Origin: Acidothermus cellulolyticus 11B
Lineage (GTDB): Bacteria; Actinomycetota; Actinomycetes; Acidothermales; Acidothermaceae
Reading direction: 5' to 3'
Length of the DNA: 32,000 bases
Assembly (NCBI RefSeq): GCF_000015025.1
Contig: NC_008578.1
Span: 1,650,001 to 1,682,000, forward strand
Every line of letters begins with the position of its first letter. The stretch's first letter is position 1. Both the position numbers and the translations under genes were made by a program. A model generated the notes under the pieces. That model was not told the DNA's origin, did no database searches, and saw only the letters and a program-made list of their open reading frames with translations. Below are positions 16,312 to 23,945 of this stretch, piece by piece.

Positions 16312-17886
16312 TCATCGAGAGGGCGACCCGAGGTGTGCCAGTTCGGCCGCCAAGGCCGCCGGAACCCGGGCCCGCACCCGGGTGCCCGCCGGCGTGTGCT
16401 CGACGGCGTCCACGTCACCCAGCTCGTAAATCCGAGCGACCCACCGGCCTTCGTCATACGGCACAAGCACGTCGACATGCACGGCCGGCCGGGGCAGCAT
16501 TTCTTCGATCGCGCGACGCAGGTCATCGAGCCCCGCCCCGGTGCGGACCGACACCGCCACCGCGCGATTGCCCTTCCGCTCCTCAGCGCGCAGAACGGTC
16601 GCAACGACCGCCGGATCCGCGATGTCCGTCTTGTTGACCGCGACGAGTTCGGGAATATGCGACGCGCCGATTTCATCAAAGACCGCGCGGACGGCGTCAA
16701 TCTGACCGAAAGGGTCGGCATGCGCACCGTCGACCACGTGCAGCACAAGGTCGGCGTCCGTCACCTCTTCGAGGGTGGAACGGAACGCCTCGACCAATTG
16801 GTGCGGAAGGTGCCGGACGAAACCAACCGTGTCGGTCAGGGTGTATATTCGACCGTCGCTCGTCGTGGCGCGGCGGACCGTCGGGTCGAGGGTGGCGAAG
16901 AGCGCGTCCTCCACGAGAACACCGGCTCCGGTGAGACGGTTCAGCAGCGAGGATTTTCCCGCGTTCGTGTAGCCCGCAATAGCGACCGCTGGAATGTCGT
17001 TGACCCGCCGCTTGCGGCGCTTGACGTCGCGGGTGGTGGCAAGCTCAGCCAATTCGCGGCGGAGTTTGGTCATGCGGGCCCGGATGCGACGACGGTCCAA
17101 TTCGATTTTCGTCTCCCCCGGCCCGCGTCCGCCGATTCCGACACCGCCGGCGCCGGCCCGGCCGCCCGCCTGCCGGGACAGCGATTCGCCCCATCCGCGG
17201 AGCCTCGGCAACAGGTAGGTCATCTGCGCCAACTCGACCTGTGCCTTTCCTTCGCGGCTGCGGGCATGCTGAGCGAAGATGTCCAGAATGAGCGCCGTCC
17301 GGTCGACCACTTTGACTTTCACCAATTGCTCGAGATTCCGCAGTTGTGACGGTGATAATTCGCCGTCACAGATGACCGTGTCGGCGCCCGACGTGACGAC
17401 AATGTCCCGCAATTCACGCGCCTTTCCGGCACCAATGTAGGTCGCCGGATCCGGCTTGTCCCGTCGTTGCAGCAACCCGGCCAGAACCTGCGATCCCGCC
17501 GTCTCGGCAAGCAATTTCAGTTCAACCAGCGAATTCTCCGCATCACGCATCGTGCCATGGGTCCAGACGCCGACGAGGACGACCCGTTCCAGCCGCAGGC
17601 GCCGGTACTCAACTTCCGTGACGTCGCGCAGTTCCGTCGACAGACCGGGAACCCGCCGCAGCGCGTGGCGATCCGCGACGTCCAGGTTCTCGTCATCGGC
17701 CGCTGACAGGCCGGACGGTTGCGCATCCCGCGCACTCAAGGTGGACGGCCGCATGTCCCGCACGCCCCGAGCGGACGGTTGCGGGTCGCGCGCGCTCAGG
17801 TCGGGTGCAGGCGTGTCCGTCATATCGGCGGCGCCGGCAATCTGAACCGACTCGGTGACATCCGAGTCAAACGCGCTCTTCTTCAT
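16312..17886 (-). CDS. hflX: GTPase HflX
   Basis: 524 aa. HflX N-domain (ERVVLVGVW...AELKLLAETAG-like region). G-domain motifs GYTNAGKSSLLNRL (G1), DTVGF (G3) and NKTD (G4). It has a long low-complexity N-terminal extension. The ATG overlaps the dapF stop by 1 nt (TGATG). Confidence 0.95.
   Translation of the reverse strand: MKKSAFDSDVTESVQIAGAADMTDTPAPDLSARDPQPSARGVRDMRPSTLSARDAQPSGLSAADDENLDVADRHALRRVPGLSTELRDVTEVEYRRLRLERVVLVGVWTHGTMRDAENSLVELKLLAETAGSQVLAGLLQRRDKPDPATYIGAGKARELRDIVVTSGADTVICDGELSPSQLRNLEQLVKVKVVDRTALILDIFAQHARSREGKAQVELAQMTYLLPRLRGWGESLSRQAGGRAGAGGVGIGGRGPGETKIELDRRRIRARMTKLRRELAELATTRDVKRRKRRVNDIPAVAIAGYTNAGKSSLLNRLTGAGVLVEDALFATLDPTVRRATTSDGRIYTLTDTVGFVRHLPHQLVEAFRSTLEEVTDADLVLHVVDGAHADPFGQIDAVRAVFDEIGASHIPELVAVNKTDIADPAVVATVLRAEERKGNRAVAVSVRTGAGLDDLRRAIEEMLPRPAVHVDVLVPYDEGRWVARIYELGDVDAVEHTPAGTRVRARVPAALAAELAHLGSPSR
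17713..17800 (-). repeat. In-frame imperfect duplication (60-bp period) in the hflX 5' extension
   Basis: ggacggttgcgcatcccgcgcactcaagg (17713-17741) vs ggacggttgcgggtcgcgcgcgctcagg (17773-17800). These encode LSARDAQPSG / LSARDPQPSA, 20 codons apart. Confidence 0.85.
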
Positions 17887-18797
17887 CAGCCGTCCGACTT
17901 TTCCAGTGCGGCCAGGTGAAGCCGGCCCTCGGCGACCACGACCGCCGGTCCGGCGAGCGCGACCCGATCGCCGTCGAACCGGATGCGGAGCTCACCACCG
18001 GGTACGACGATCCGCCACCAGCCGTCCGCGGGACGGGGGATCCGTTCCGCACCCTCGGCCACCGCCGCAACCGCGCACGCGCCGCTCCCGCATGACCACG
18101 TCTCGCCGACACCCCGCTCATACACCCGCATCCGCAGCACACCCGGCCGCTCAATTTCCACCACTTCGACATTAGCCCCGTCGGGAAATTCGTCGCTGTC
18201 GAGAACGGGCGCGCGGGTAAAGTCGACATCCGCGAGAGTGTCCACCACACAGACGAGATGGGGATTCCCTACCGAAACGCGGACACCTTCCAACATCCGG
18301 CCGTCAAAACGCGCGCGGCCGCCGCCGCGAAGCTCTGGCGCCGGGAGCCACGCGGTGACGTCGCCGGCCGGCGGGACGTCGACCGGCACCGGACCGATCC
18401 GGGTTCCGACGAGAAAACGGCCCGCCTCTTCCAGACCGGCGTCGACCAGGTAGCGGGCGAAAAGCCGGATTCCATTCCCGCAGATTTCCGCGACGCTTCC
18501 GTCGGCGTTGCGATAGTCCATGAACCAGCGCGCGGCGGCCGGTTGCGGAGGGCGGCCGGCAGACGGTTGCGGAGGGCGGCCGGCGGCCGCATCAGCCGTA
18601 GCGCCGGCGGACGACACCGGCGCATCGTCGGCCGGGACGGCAACGACCCGCAGAATGCCATCCGCGCCGAGACCACGCCGGCGGTCACAGATGGCACGGA
18701 CCAGAGCGGCGTCGAGCTCCAGCTCATCGTCGTGATCGGGCAGGATGACAAAGTCGTTACGGGTCGCGTGACCCTTCAGGAACGGGACGTCATCCAC
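17886..18797 (-). CDS. dapF: Diaminopimelate epimerase
   Basis: N-terminus FLKGHATRNDFVILPD, the two catalytic-Cys motifs ICGNGIR and SCGSGACA, and GNPH. Start placed at GTG 18795-18797 (VDDVPFLKGH), overlapping the miaA 3' end by 22 nt. The ORF-track start at 18881 adds an Arg-rich non-conserved extension. Confidence 0.92.
   Translation of the reverse strand: MDDVPFLKGHATRNDFVILPDHDDELELDAALVRAICDRRRGLGADGILRVVAVPADDAPVSSAGATADAAAGRPPQPSAGRPPQPAAARWFMDYRNADGSVAEICGNGIRLFARYLVDAGLEEAGRFLVGTRIGPVPVDVPPAGDVTAWLPAPELRGGGRARFDGRMLEGVRVSVGNPHLVCVVDTLADVDFTRAPVLDSDEFPDGANVEVVEIERPGVLRMRVYERGVGETWSCGSGACAVAAVAEGAERIPRPADGWWRIVVPGGELRIRFDGDRVALAGPAVVVAEGRLHLAALEKSDG
18541..18588 (-). repeat. In-frame 24-bp tandem duplication inside dapF
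   Basis: ggttgcggagggcggccggcagac / ggttgcggagggcggccggcggcc encode GRPPQPSA-GRPPQPAA. They lie within a variable loop preceding the conserved WFMDYRNADGS motif. Confidence 0.95.
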
Positions 18798-19741
18798 CCT
18801 TCGATCGTACGGGCGGCGGCTGTTTCGAGAGCGGCGTCGGCCGCGTCGAGCCAGTGGATCCGCGGATCGGGCCGGAACCATGACCGCTGACGGCGGACGA
18901 ACCGTTTCGTCGCGTCGACCGTACGACGCCGGGCTTCCGCCTCGTCACAACCACCGTCCAACATCGTGAGCACCTGACGGTAGCCCAGAGCCCGGGACGC
19001 CGTCCGGCCTTCCCGAAGTCCGCAGTCCTCGGCAAGATGACGGACTTCGTCGACAAAACCCGCCTGCCACATCGCGGCGACACGACGCTCGACGCGGTCG
19101 TCCAGTTCCGGGGTGGCCAGATCAAGGCCGAGGAACAAGGCGTCGTACACCGATGCGTACTCGGGAAGTTCGGCGGCGAATCGGGGACGGCCCAGCTGCA
19201 GAACCTCCAGGGCCCGTACGATCCGCCGCCCATTGGTGGGCAGGATGCGCTCCGCAGCCTGCGGATCCAGCCGGGCAAGCCGGGCGTGCAGCGCCTCCGG
19301 GCCGTGCGCCGCCAACTCCGCTTCCAACCGAGCGCGGATCGCCGGGTCGGTGCCGGGAAATTCGAGCCGGTCGACGGCGGCCCGGACATACAGGCCGGAT
19401 CCGCCGACGAGAATCGGCAACCGTCCCCGGCGGCCGATCTCCTCGATGGCGGCGCGGGCGAGGTGCTGGTACTCCGCGACGCTCGCGGTCTTGGTCACCG
19501 GCCAGACGTCGAGAACGTGATGGGCGACGCCGTCCCGTTCCGCGGGCGGCAATTTTGCGGTGCCAATGTCCATGCCCCGGTAGACCTGCATCGAATCGGC
19601 GTTGACCACTTCCGCGTTGAAGCGCTGGGCCAACCGCACCGCGAGCACGGATTTGCCGGTCGCCGTCGGTCCAACAAGGACGACGACACGTTGCAGAGAT
19701 GCCGATGACGACAGAGATGCCGATGACGACATGCCGGGCAT
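18776..19741 (-). CDS. miaA: tRNA dimethylallyltransferase
   Basis: P-loop LVGPTATGKSVLAV, then NADSMQVYRGMDIGTAK and LVGGSGLY motifs. Start placed at ATG 19739-19741 (MPGMSSS...); an alternative ATG is at 19730-19732. The 480-aa ORF-track version runs through the upstream gene in another frame and is rejected. Confidence 0.93.
   Translation of the reverse strand: MPGMSSSASLSSSASLQRVVVLVGPTATGKSVLAVRLAQRFNAEVVNADSMQVYRGMDIGTAKLPPAERDGVAHHVLDVWPVTKTASVAEYQHLARAAIEEIGRRGRLPILVGGSGLYVRAAVDRLEFPGTDPAIRARLEAELAAHGPEALHARLARLDPQAAERILPTNGRRIVRALEVLQLGRPRFAAELPEYASVYDALFLGLDLATPELDDRVERRVAAMWQAGFVDEVRHLAEDCGLREGRTASRALGYRQVLTMLDGGCDEAEARRRTVDATKRFVRRQRSWFRPDPRIHWLDAADAALETAAARTIEGWMTSRS
19694..19729 (-). 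repeat. Perfect in-frame 18-bp tandem duplication at the miaA 5' end
   Basis: cagagatgccgatgacga occurs twice (19694-19711 and 19712-19729). It encodes SSSASL-SSSASL directly after the start codon and before the P-loop. Confidence 0.95.
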
Positions 19742-19748
19742 CACCCGG

Positions 19749-20552
19749 TCAGCTGCTCGCCGGCCCGGCGACGACGTGCAGCGCCGGACCCGGGAATTTT
19801 CCCACGGTGGCGGCAATTCCGTGGCTGACAGCCGCGGCGCCGGCCGGATCGGAGCGCGCCCACGTTGCCACGATGTACTGCACACCCGCACTGGCATCGG
19901 CGTATCGCACGGACGCCGTCCACTCCCCTTCCGCTGTCCACCGTGCCACAGCCCGCCACGGACCGACGCCGGCGACGAGCAGCTCCGTGGCGGCGGCGAC
20001 GTCGAGATTCGCGAGCGTCGTCCGATCGGCGGCGGCAAGCGCAGCCGACACCGCGGCATCGAACGGCTCGGCACGCGGATCGACGTACCCGGGAGCTTTG
20101 GGCCCGCGGCGGGCGGAACCGTCGCCCATGACGAGCAGGCCGACGGGTCCCTCGGTCGCCTGAACTTCCGACCGGAGGAGGGCGGCCCGACCGCCGTCAG
20201 GGTCGACAGCGACCGCAAATCGGTCGTGCGCCGGCGCCATCCGGTCGATCAGCCACCAGCCGATGGCGACGGACAGCGGCAGATCGTCCGGCGGCAGCTC
20301 TTGAGCGGCAACCCCGGGAGCGAAGTGCGAAACCGGCGCGGTCGGTACCCGGCTTCCGACGATGCCGACCACGGTCGCCCGCTCGGTGAGCCACTGGACC
20401 GCGTCATCACAGGCCGCGAGCAGAGGGGCAAACTCGGCTGCGGCCTTCCGGGCGATCGCTGGTATCAGAACGGGCGGATGCGGACAGAACGCAACAGCTG
20501 CCGGCCGGAGCTCCCCGCGAACCAGCGCGTCGAACTCTCCGTCGGTTATCAC
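19749..20552 (-). CDS. Conserved actinobacterial protein of unknown function (possibly class III extradiol dioxygenase subunit B / Memo-like fold)
   Basis: The ORF has strong GC3 bias, is Ala/Val-rich and ends 7 nt before the miaA start. The N-terminal motif AAVAFCPHPPVLIP resembles proteins I recall being annotated as extradiol dioxygenase B-like next to miaA in other actinobacteria. This is a recollection, not a search result. The start is either GTG 20550-20552 or ATG 20685-20687. Confidence 0.55.
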   Translation of the reverse strand: MITDGEFDALVRGELRPAAVAFCPHPPVLIPAIARKAAAEFAPLLAACDDAVQWLTERATVVGIVGSRVPTAPVSHFAPGVAAQELPPDDLPLSVAIGWWLIDRMAPAHDRFAVAVDPDGGRAALLRSEVQATEGPVGLLVMGDGSARRGPKAPGYVDPRAEPFDAAVSAALAAADRTTLANLDVAAATELLVAGVGPWRAVARWTAEGEWTASVRYADASAGVQYIVATWARSDPAGAAAVSHGIAATVGKFPGPALHVVAGPASS

Positions 20553-20702
20553 GTGGTGCAGCGTATCTACGCCCGGAGCCGCTACCCTCGTACCCGGTCG
20601 GGCCGAATGCGGGTTCCCCGGCAGGCTCGGCCAGGTCGCGGATGCGACGCGAAGGCAAGCTTGTGACCCGCCGCATGCCCAGGGCACGGGGTAGGTAACA
20701 CT

Positions 20703-21944
20703 GTGGCGCGCGGGGCGATGATGCAGGGAGAGCGACAGGGCATGGGCATCGAGACCCAGTGGGGACGAATCGCGCCGGACGGCACCGTCTACGTCAAGAC
20801 CCGTGACGGCGAGCGGGTCGTCGGGTCATGGCAGGCCGGGTCGTTGGAGGACGGCCTTGCGCATTTCGTCCGCCGGTACGAAGACCTGGCGACCGAGGTC
20901 GGGCTGCTGGAGACGCGATTCGCATCCGGTACGGCGTCTCCATCGACGACCCTGGTCGCGGCCAAACGATTACGGGAGAGCCTGCCCACCGCCAACGTCG
21001 TCGGCGACCTCGACGCGTTGGACTCCCGGCTCAGCCAGCTGATTGACGCCGCCGCAGCGAAGCGTGAAGAGGAGCGGGAGGCGCGGCGGCTTGCCGCGCA
21101 TCAAGCCACGGAGGCCAAGCGGGCGCTGGTCGAGCAGGCCGAGGAGCTCGCACAGAGCACCCAGTGGAAGAAGGCCGGTGACCGGCTGCGGGAAATCGCC
21201 GACCAATGGCGGGAAATCAAAGGCGCGGATCGTAAGGCGGAAGCCGAATTGTGGAAGCGTTTCGCGGCGGCCCGGTCGGAATTCAACCGCCGCCGCGGTG
21301 AGTACTTCTCGCGGCTTGAACAGGAACGTAAAGACATCATTGCCCGCAAGGAAAAACTCATTGCGGAAGCGGAAAGCCTCGCGCAATCCAGCGATTGGAC
21401 GACGGCAGGCAACCGATTCCGCACGCTCATGACTGAGTGGAAGAACGCCGGTCACGTCAATCGGGACACCGAATCCGCGCTCTGGCAGCGGTTCCGGGCC
21501 GCGCAAGAGACGTTCTATTCCCGGCGGGCGGAGGCCCTCGCGCAGCGTGACGAGGAGCAACGTGCCAACCAGGCGGCGCGGGAGGCGCTGCTCGCCGAGG
21601 CGGAGACCGTGGATGTGAACGGCGATCCGGACGCGCTCCAGACGAAATTGCGTGACCTCCAACGACGCTGGGCACAGATCGGACGCGCCCCACGAGACGT
21701 CAGCGCCGACCTGGACAAGCGCTTCGACACCCTGGTGGCTCGCATCCGCAACGCCATCGACGAGCAGCGCCGGGCGGCGGCGGTCTCGAGCTCGCCGCTC
21801 GTCATCCGGTTGCGGGAATCCGTGGCGAAGCTTGAGCGGAAGATCGACCGGGCGCGCCAGGCTGGACGCACGGCGGAAGTAGATCAACTGGAAGCCCAGC
21901 TGGCCACCCAGCGCGAGTGGCTCGCCCGTACCTTGCACCACTGA
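20703..21944 (+). CDS. DUF349 domain-containing protein
   Basis: 413 aa. N-terminus WGRIAPDGTVYVKTRDGERVVGSWQAG. Several ~75-aa helical repeats follow with the pattern W(K/T)xAGxRxRxLxxxWKxxGxxxRxxExxLWxRFxAAxxxFxxRR, characteristic of DUF349. The start could also be ATG 20742 (MGIETQWGR), preceded by GGGAGAG. Confidence 0.85.
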   Translation: MARGAMMQGERQGMGIETQWGRIAPDGTVYVKTRDGERVVGSWQAGSLEDGLAHFVRRYEDLATEVGLLETRFASGTASPSTTLVAAKRLRESLPTANVVGDLDALDSRLSQLIDAAAAKREEEREARRLAAHQATEAKRALVEQAEELAQSTQWKKAGDRLREIADQWREIKGADRKAEAELWKRFAAARSEFNRRRGEYFSRLEQERKDIIARKEKLIAEAESLAQSSDWTTAGNRFRTLMTEWKNAGHVNRDTESALWQRFRAAQETFYSRRAEALAQRDEEQRANQAAREALLAEAETVDVNGDPDALQTKLRDLQRRWAQIGRAPRDVSADLDKRFDTLVARIRNAIDEQRRAAAVSSSPLVIRLRESVAKLERKIDRARQAGRTAEVDQLEAQLATQREWLARTLHH

Positions 21945-21948
21945 CCGG

Positions 21949-22022
21949 CCGGGAACGCCGCCGGACATCGGGCCGCGGAAACACTACGGGACTCCGGGAA
22001 CCAGAAACGCCGCCGGACATCG
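21949..22022. repeat. Direct repeat ccgggaac[+7 nt]gccgccggacatcg, 2 copies, in the DUF349/protease intergenic region
   Basis: Copy 1 is at 21949-21970. Copy 2 is at 21994-22022 and carries a 7-nt insertion (cagaaac) after ccgggaac. Confidence 0.85.
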
Positions 22023-22208
22023 TGCGCACCCGCACCGCCGGCTGGCGTCTCACCGACCGGACTGCTCAGCTGACCTCCCTGCCCTGCCGAAAAAAGCGAA
22101 CAGGGCGACCGCAGTGGCAGCGCCCGGTACCGAAAGGCTGAACCGATGCGCGGTGGCGCGACGACTCGCTGCGTCCATACCGAGGCGGGTCAACGCCGCC
22201 GTGCACCA

Positions 22209-23864
22209 ATGCGCCCGGCCCGCGTCCTGGCGGGCGCCGTCCTTGCGCTCTCCGCGATCGCCGGAGTGCCCAGTTCCGGGACCGCGGCGGCATCCCCAGC
22301 AGGGCACCGCTCCCCGACCGCCGTGCCGGCGCCCATCAGGCTCCATGCGCTGCCCGCCACGACCGGAACCGTCCAGCGGCTGGCCGGCCCCGACCGGTAC
22401 GCGACCTCGGCGGCCGTGTTGGGCACCTACCCGACCGGCGTCTCCCGGCTCTTCGTCGCGACCGGCGCGACGTACCCGGATGCGCTCGCCGCCGCCGGTG
22501 CCGCCGGGGCGCAAGACGCCGTCCTGCTGGTCGGCAATCCACCCAGCCAGACGACGATCAACGCCGTCGCCGCCAACCACCCAGGTCAGATCATCCTGGT
22601 CGGCGGTCCAGCGGCCATCCCCGATACCACGGGAGACCTCCTCGGCCGGTACGCCGCCAACGGATGGAGCCGGATCGCCGGCGCGGATCGCTACGCCACC
22701 GCGGCGCTCTTGGCGACCGCGACCTGGACGTCGGCCCCAACGGTGTACCTGGCGTCCGGTGAATCCTTCGCCGACGCGTTGACGGCAGCCGCACTCGCCG
22801 CCGCCCGGAACAGCCCGGTGCTGCTCACCGCGCCGGACGCCGTCCCGGCGCCGACGCAGGCAGCGCTGGCGCAACTCCACCCGTCATCGGTCGTCATCGT
22901 CGGCGGAACTGCCGCGATCTCCGACACCGTGGCGTCCGAGATTTCCCAGGCGATCGCCCCTGTCACACGGATCGCCGGTGCGGACCGGTACGCGACGAAC
23001 GCACTGGCGGTCGGCAGCTTCGGCGGCTCGGTCGCCAACCTCGTCGTCGCCTCCGGTGCGACGTTCCCCGATGCCATCTCCGGCGCGGCCCTCGCCGGCC
23101 ACTTGCAGACCGCGCTCCTCCTCGTCGGCTCGTCCCTGACGAACGCCCAGCAGTCGCTCGTTGCCACCCTGCATCCCGCCGCCGTCACCGTTGTCGGCGG
23201 CGCCGCGGCGATCTCAGATGCGGTGGTCGACGCGGTCGCGGTCGCCGCCGGACTCAGCCCTCCGGTCAACGCCGCAGACAACGATTACGTGGTGAACACG
23301 ATCGCTGGTCAGGTCGTGCGCTGGAATCCGTGCCAGCCCGTCGGCTGGCAGCTGAACATCGGCTCCCTGCCGAGCAGCGTTGCGAGCGTGATCTCAACCG
23401 AGGTGCAGGTCCTTGCCGCCGACAGCGGCCTGACTCTGCGCTACGACGGGACCACCACGTTCGTCCCCACCACGACCAACATCGACACCGAACCGGACGA
23501 TCTCATCGTCGCGGTGATACCACGGTCAGCCACGGATCTCTTCGACGGCGCGACCGGGACCGTCGTCGGCGAGGGCGGCTGGACCGCGGGTTACAACGCC
23601 AACGGGCACATCGTCATCGCGCACGGATTTGCCGTGATCACCCAGGATGCGCTGGCGACGGGACTCCTGCCGATCAGTACCCAAGGCGGGGTGACCCTCG
23701 GCACCGCGGTCCTTCACGAGCTTGGGCACGCGGTCGGGCTCAACCACGCCAGCCAACCGACGGAGATCATGTATCCGGTGTTGAGTCCCCAGACGCCGGC
23801 CACCTACAGCCCAAGCGACCGGGCCGGGCTCGCGGCGGTCGGGGCCCCCGCCGGCTGCCTCTGA
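22209..23864 (+). CDS. Secreted cell-wall-binding-repeat protein with a C-terminal metzincin (matrixin/M10-like) zinc protease domain
   Basis: Signal peptide MRPARVLAGAVLALSAIAGVPSSGTAAASP. Three tandem ~100-aa repeats each carry G(P/A)DRYAT...A(T/S)G..(Y/F)(P/A)DAL(A/T)AA...P(V)LL, which looks like CW_binding_2. The C-terminal domain has HELGHAVGLNH (HExxHxxGxxH) and the Met-turn EIMYP. The start at ATG 22209 gives a canonical signal peptide. Confidence 0.85.
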   Translation: MRPARVLAGAVLALSAIAGVPSSGTAAASPAGHRSPTAVPAPIRLHALPATTGTVQRLAGPDRYATSAAVLGTYPTGVSRLFVATGATYPDALAAAGAAGAQDAVLLVGNPPSQTTINAVAANHPGQIILVGGPAAIPDTTGDLLGRYAANGWSRIAGADRYATAALLATATWTSAPTVYLASGESFADALTAAALAAARNSPVLLTAPDAVPAPTQAALAQLHPSSVVIVGGTAAISDTVASEISQAIAPVTRIAGADRYATNALAVGSFGGSVANLVVASGATFPDAISGAALAGHLQTALLLVGSSLTNAQQSLVATLHPAAVTVVGGAAAISDAVVDAVAVAAGLSPPVNAADNDYVVNTIAGQVVRWNPCQPVGWQLNIGSLPSSVASVISTEVQVLAADSGLTLRYDGTTTFVPTTTNIDTEPDDLIVAVIPRSATDLFDGATGTVVGEGGWTAGYNANGHIVIAHGFAVITQDALATGLLPISTQGGVTLGTAVLHELGHAVGLNHASQPTEIMYPVLSPQTPATYSPSDRAGLAAVGAPAGCL

Positions 23865-23882
23865 TTCCCCACCGCAGGCCGG

Positions 23883-23931
23883 GAGTCCAGCCCGGGGGGC
23901 CTTCCCGCGAGTCCAGCCCCGGGCCTTCCCG
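23883..23931. repeat. Tandem ~24-bp duplication gagtccagccc(c)ggg(ggg)ccttcccg between the convergent protease and miaB genes
   Basis: Copies at 23883-23907 and 23909-23931 differ by a small G-run indel. The sequence is GC-rich and can form CCCGG/CCGGG stems, so it may act as a bidirectional terminator. Confidence 0.8.
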
Positions 23932-23945
23932 GGCGGCCGTCCGGG

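Noticed and set aside
15523-17349. 608-aa plus-strand ORF spanning the GGDEF-EAL 5' end and hflX
   Set aside because: It is antisense to two genes with unmistakable domain motifs. The translation is extremely Arg/Pro-rich (RRPRPRANRTGGRRPPGPAP...) with no recognisable domain.
18776-20218. 480-aa version of miaA and 735-aa version of miaB (23946-26153) from the ORF track
   Set aside because: The N-terminal extensions overlap neighbouring genes, are Arg/Pro-rich and lie upstream of the positions where the conserved domains begin. Internal starts give lengths close to those expected for these families.
21945-22208. Riboswitch (c-di-GMP or c-di-AMP/ydaO type) in the leader of the cell-wall-associated protease or the LysM gene
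   Set aside because: I could not recognise any conserved riboswitch core by eye. The LysM leader is too short (<40 nt to the SOS boxes). This needs an Infernal/Rfam scan and is not claimed.
22050-22880. 276-aa minus-strand ORF and 222-aa plus-strand ORF (22114-22782) overlapping the metzincin gene
   Set aside because: The frame starting at 22209 gives a signal peptide, three coherent repeats and an HExxH domain. The alternatives are Arg/Gly/Pro-rich with no structure.
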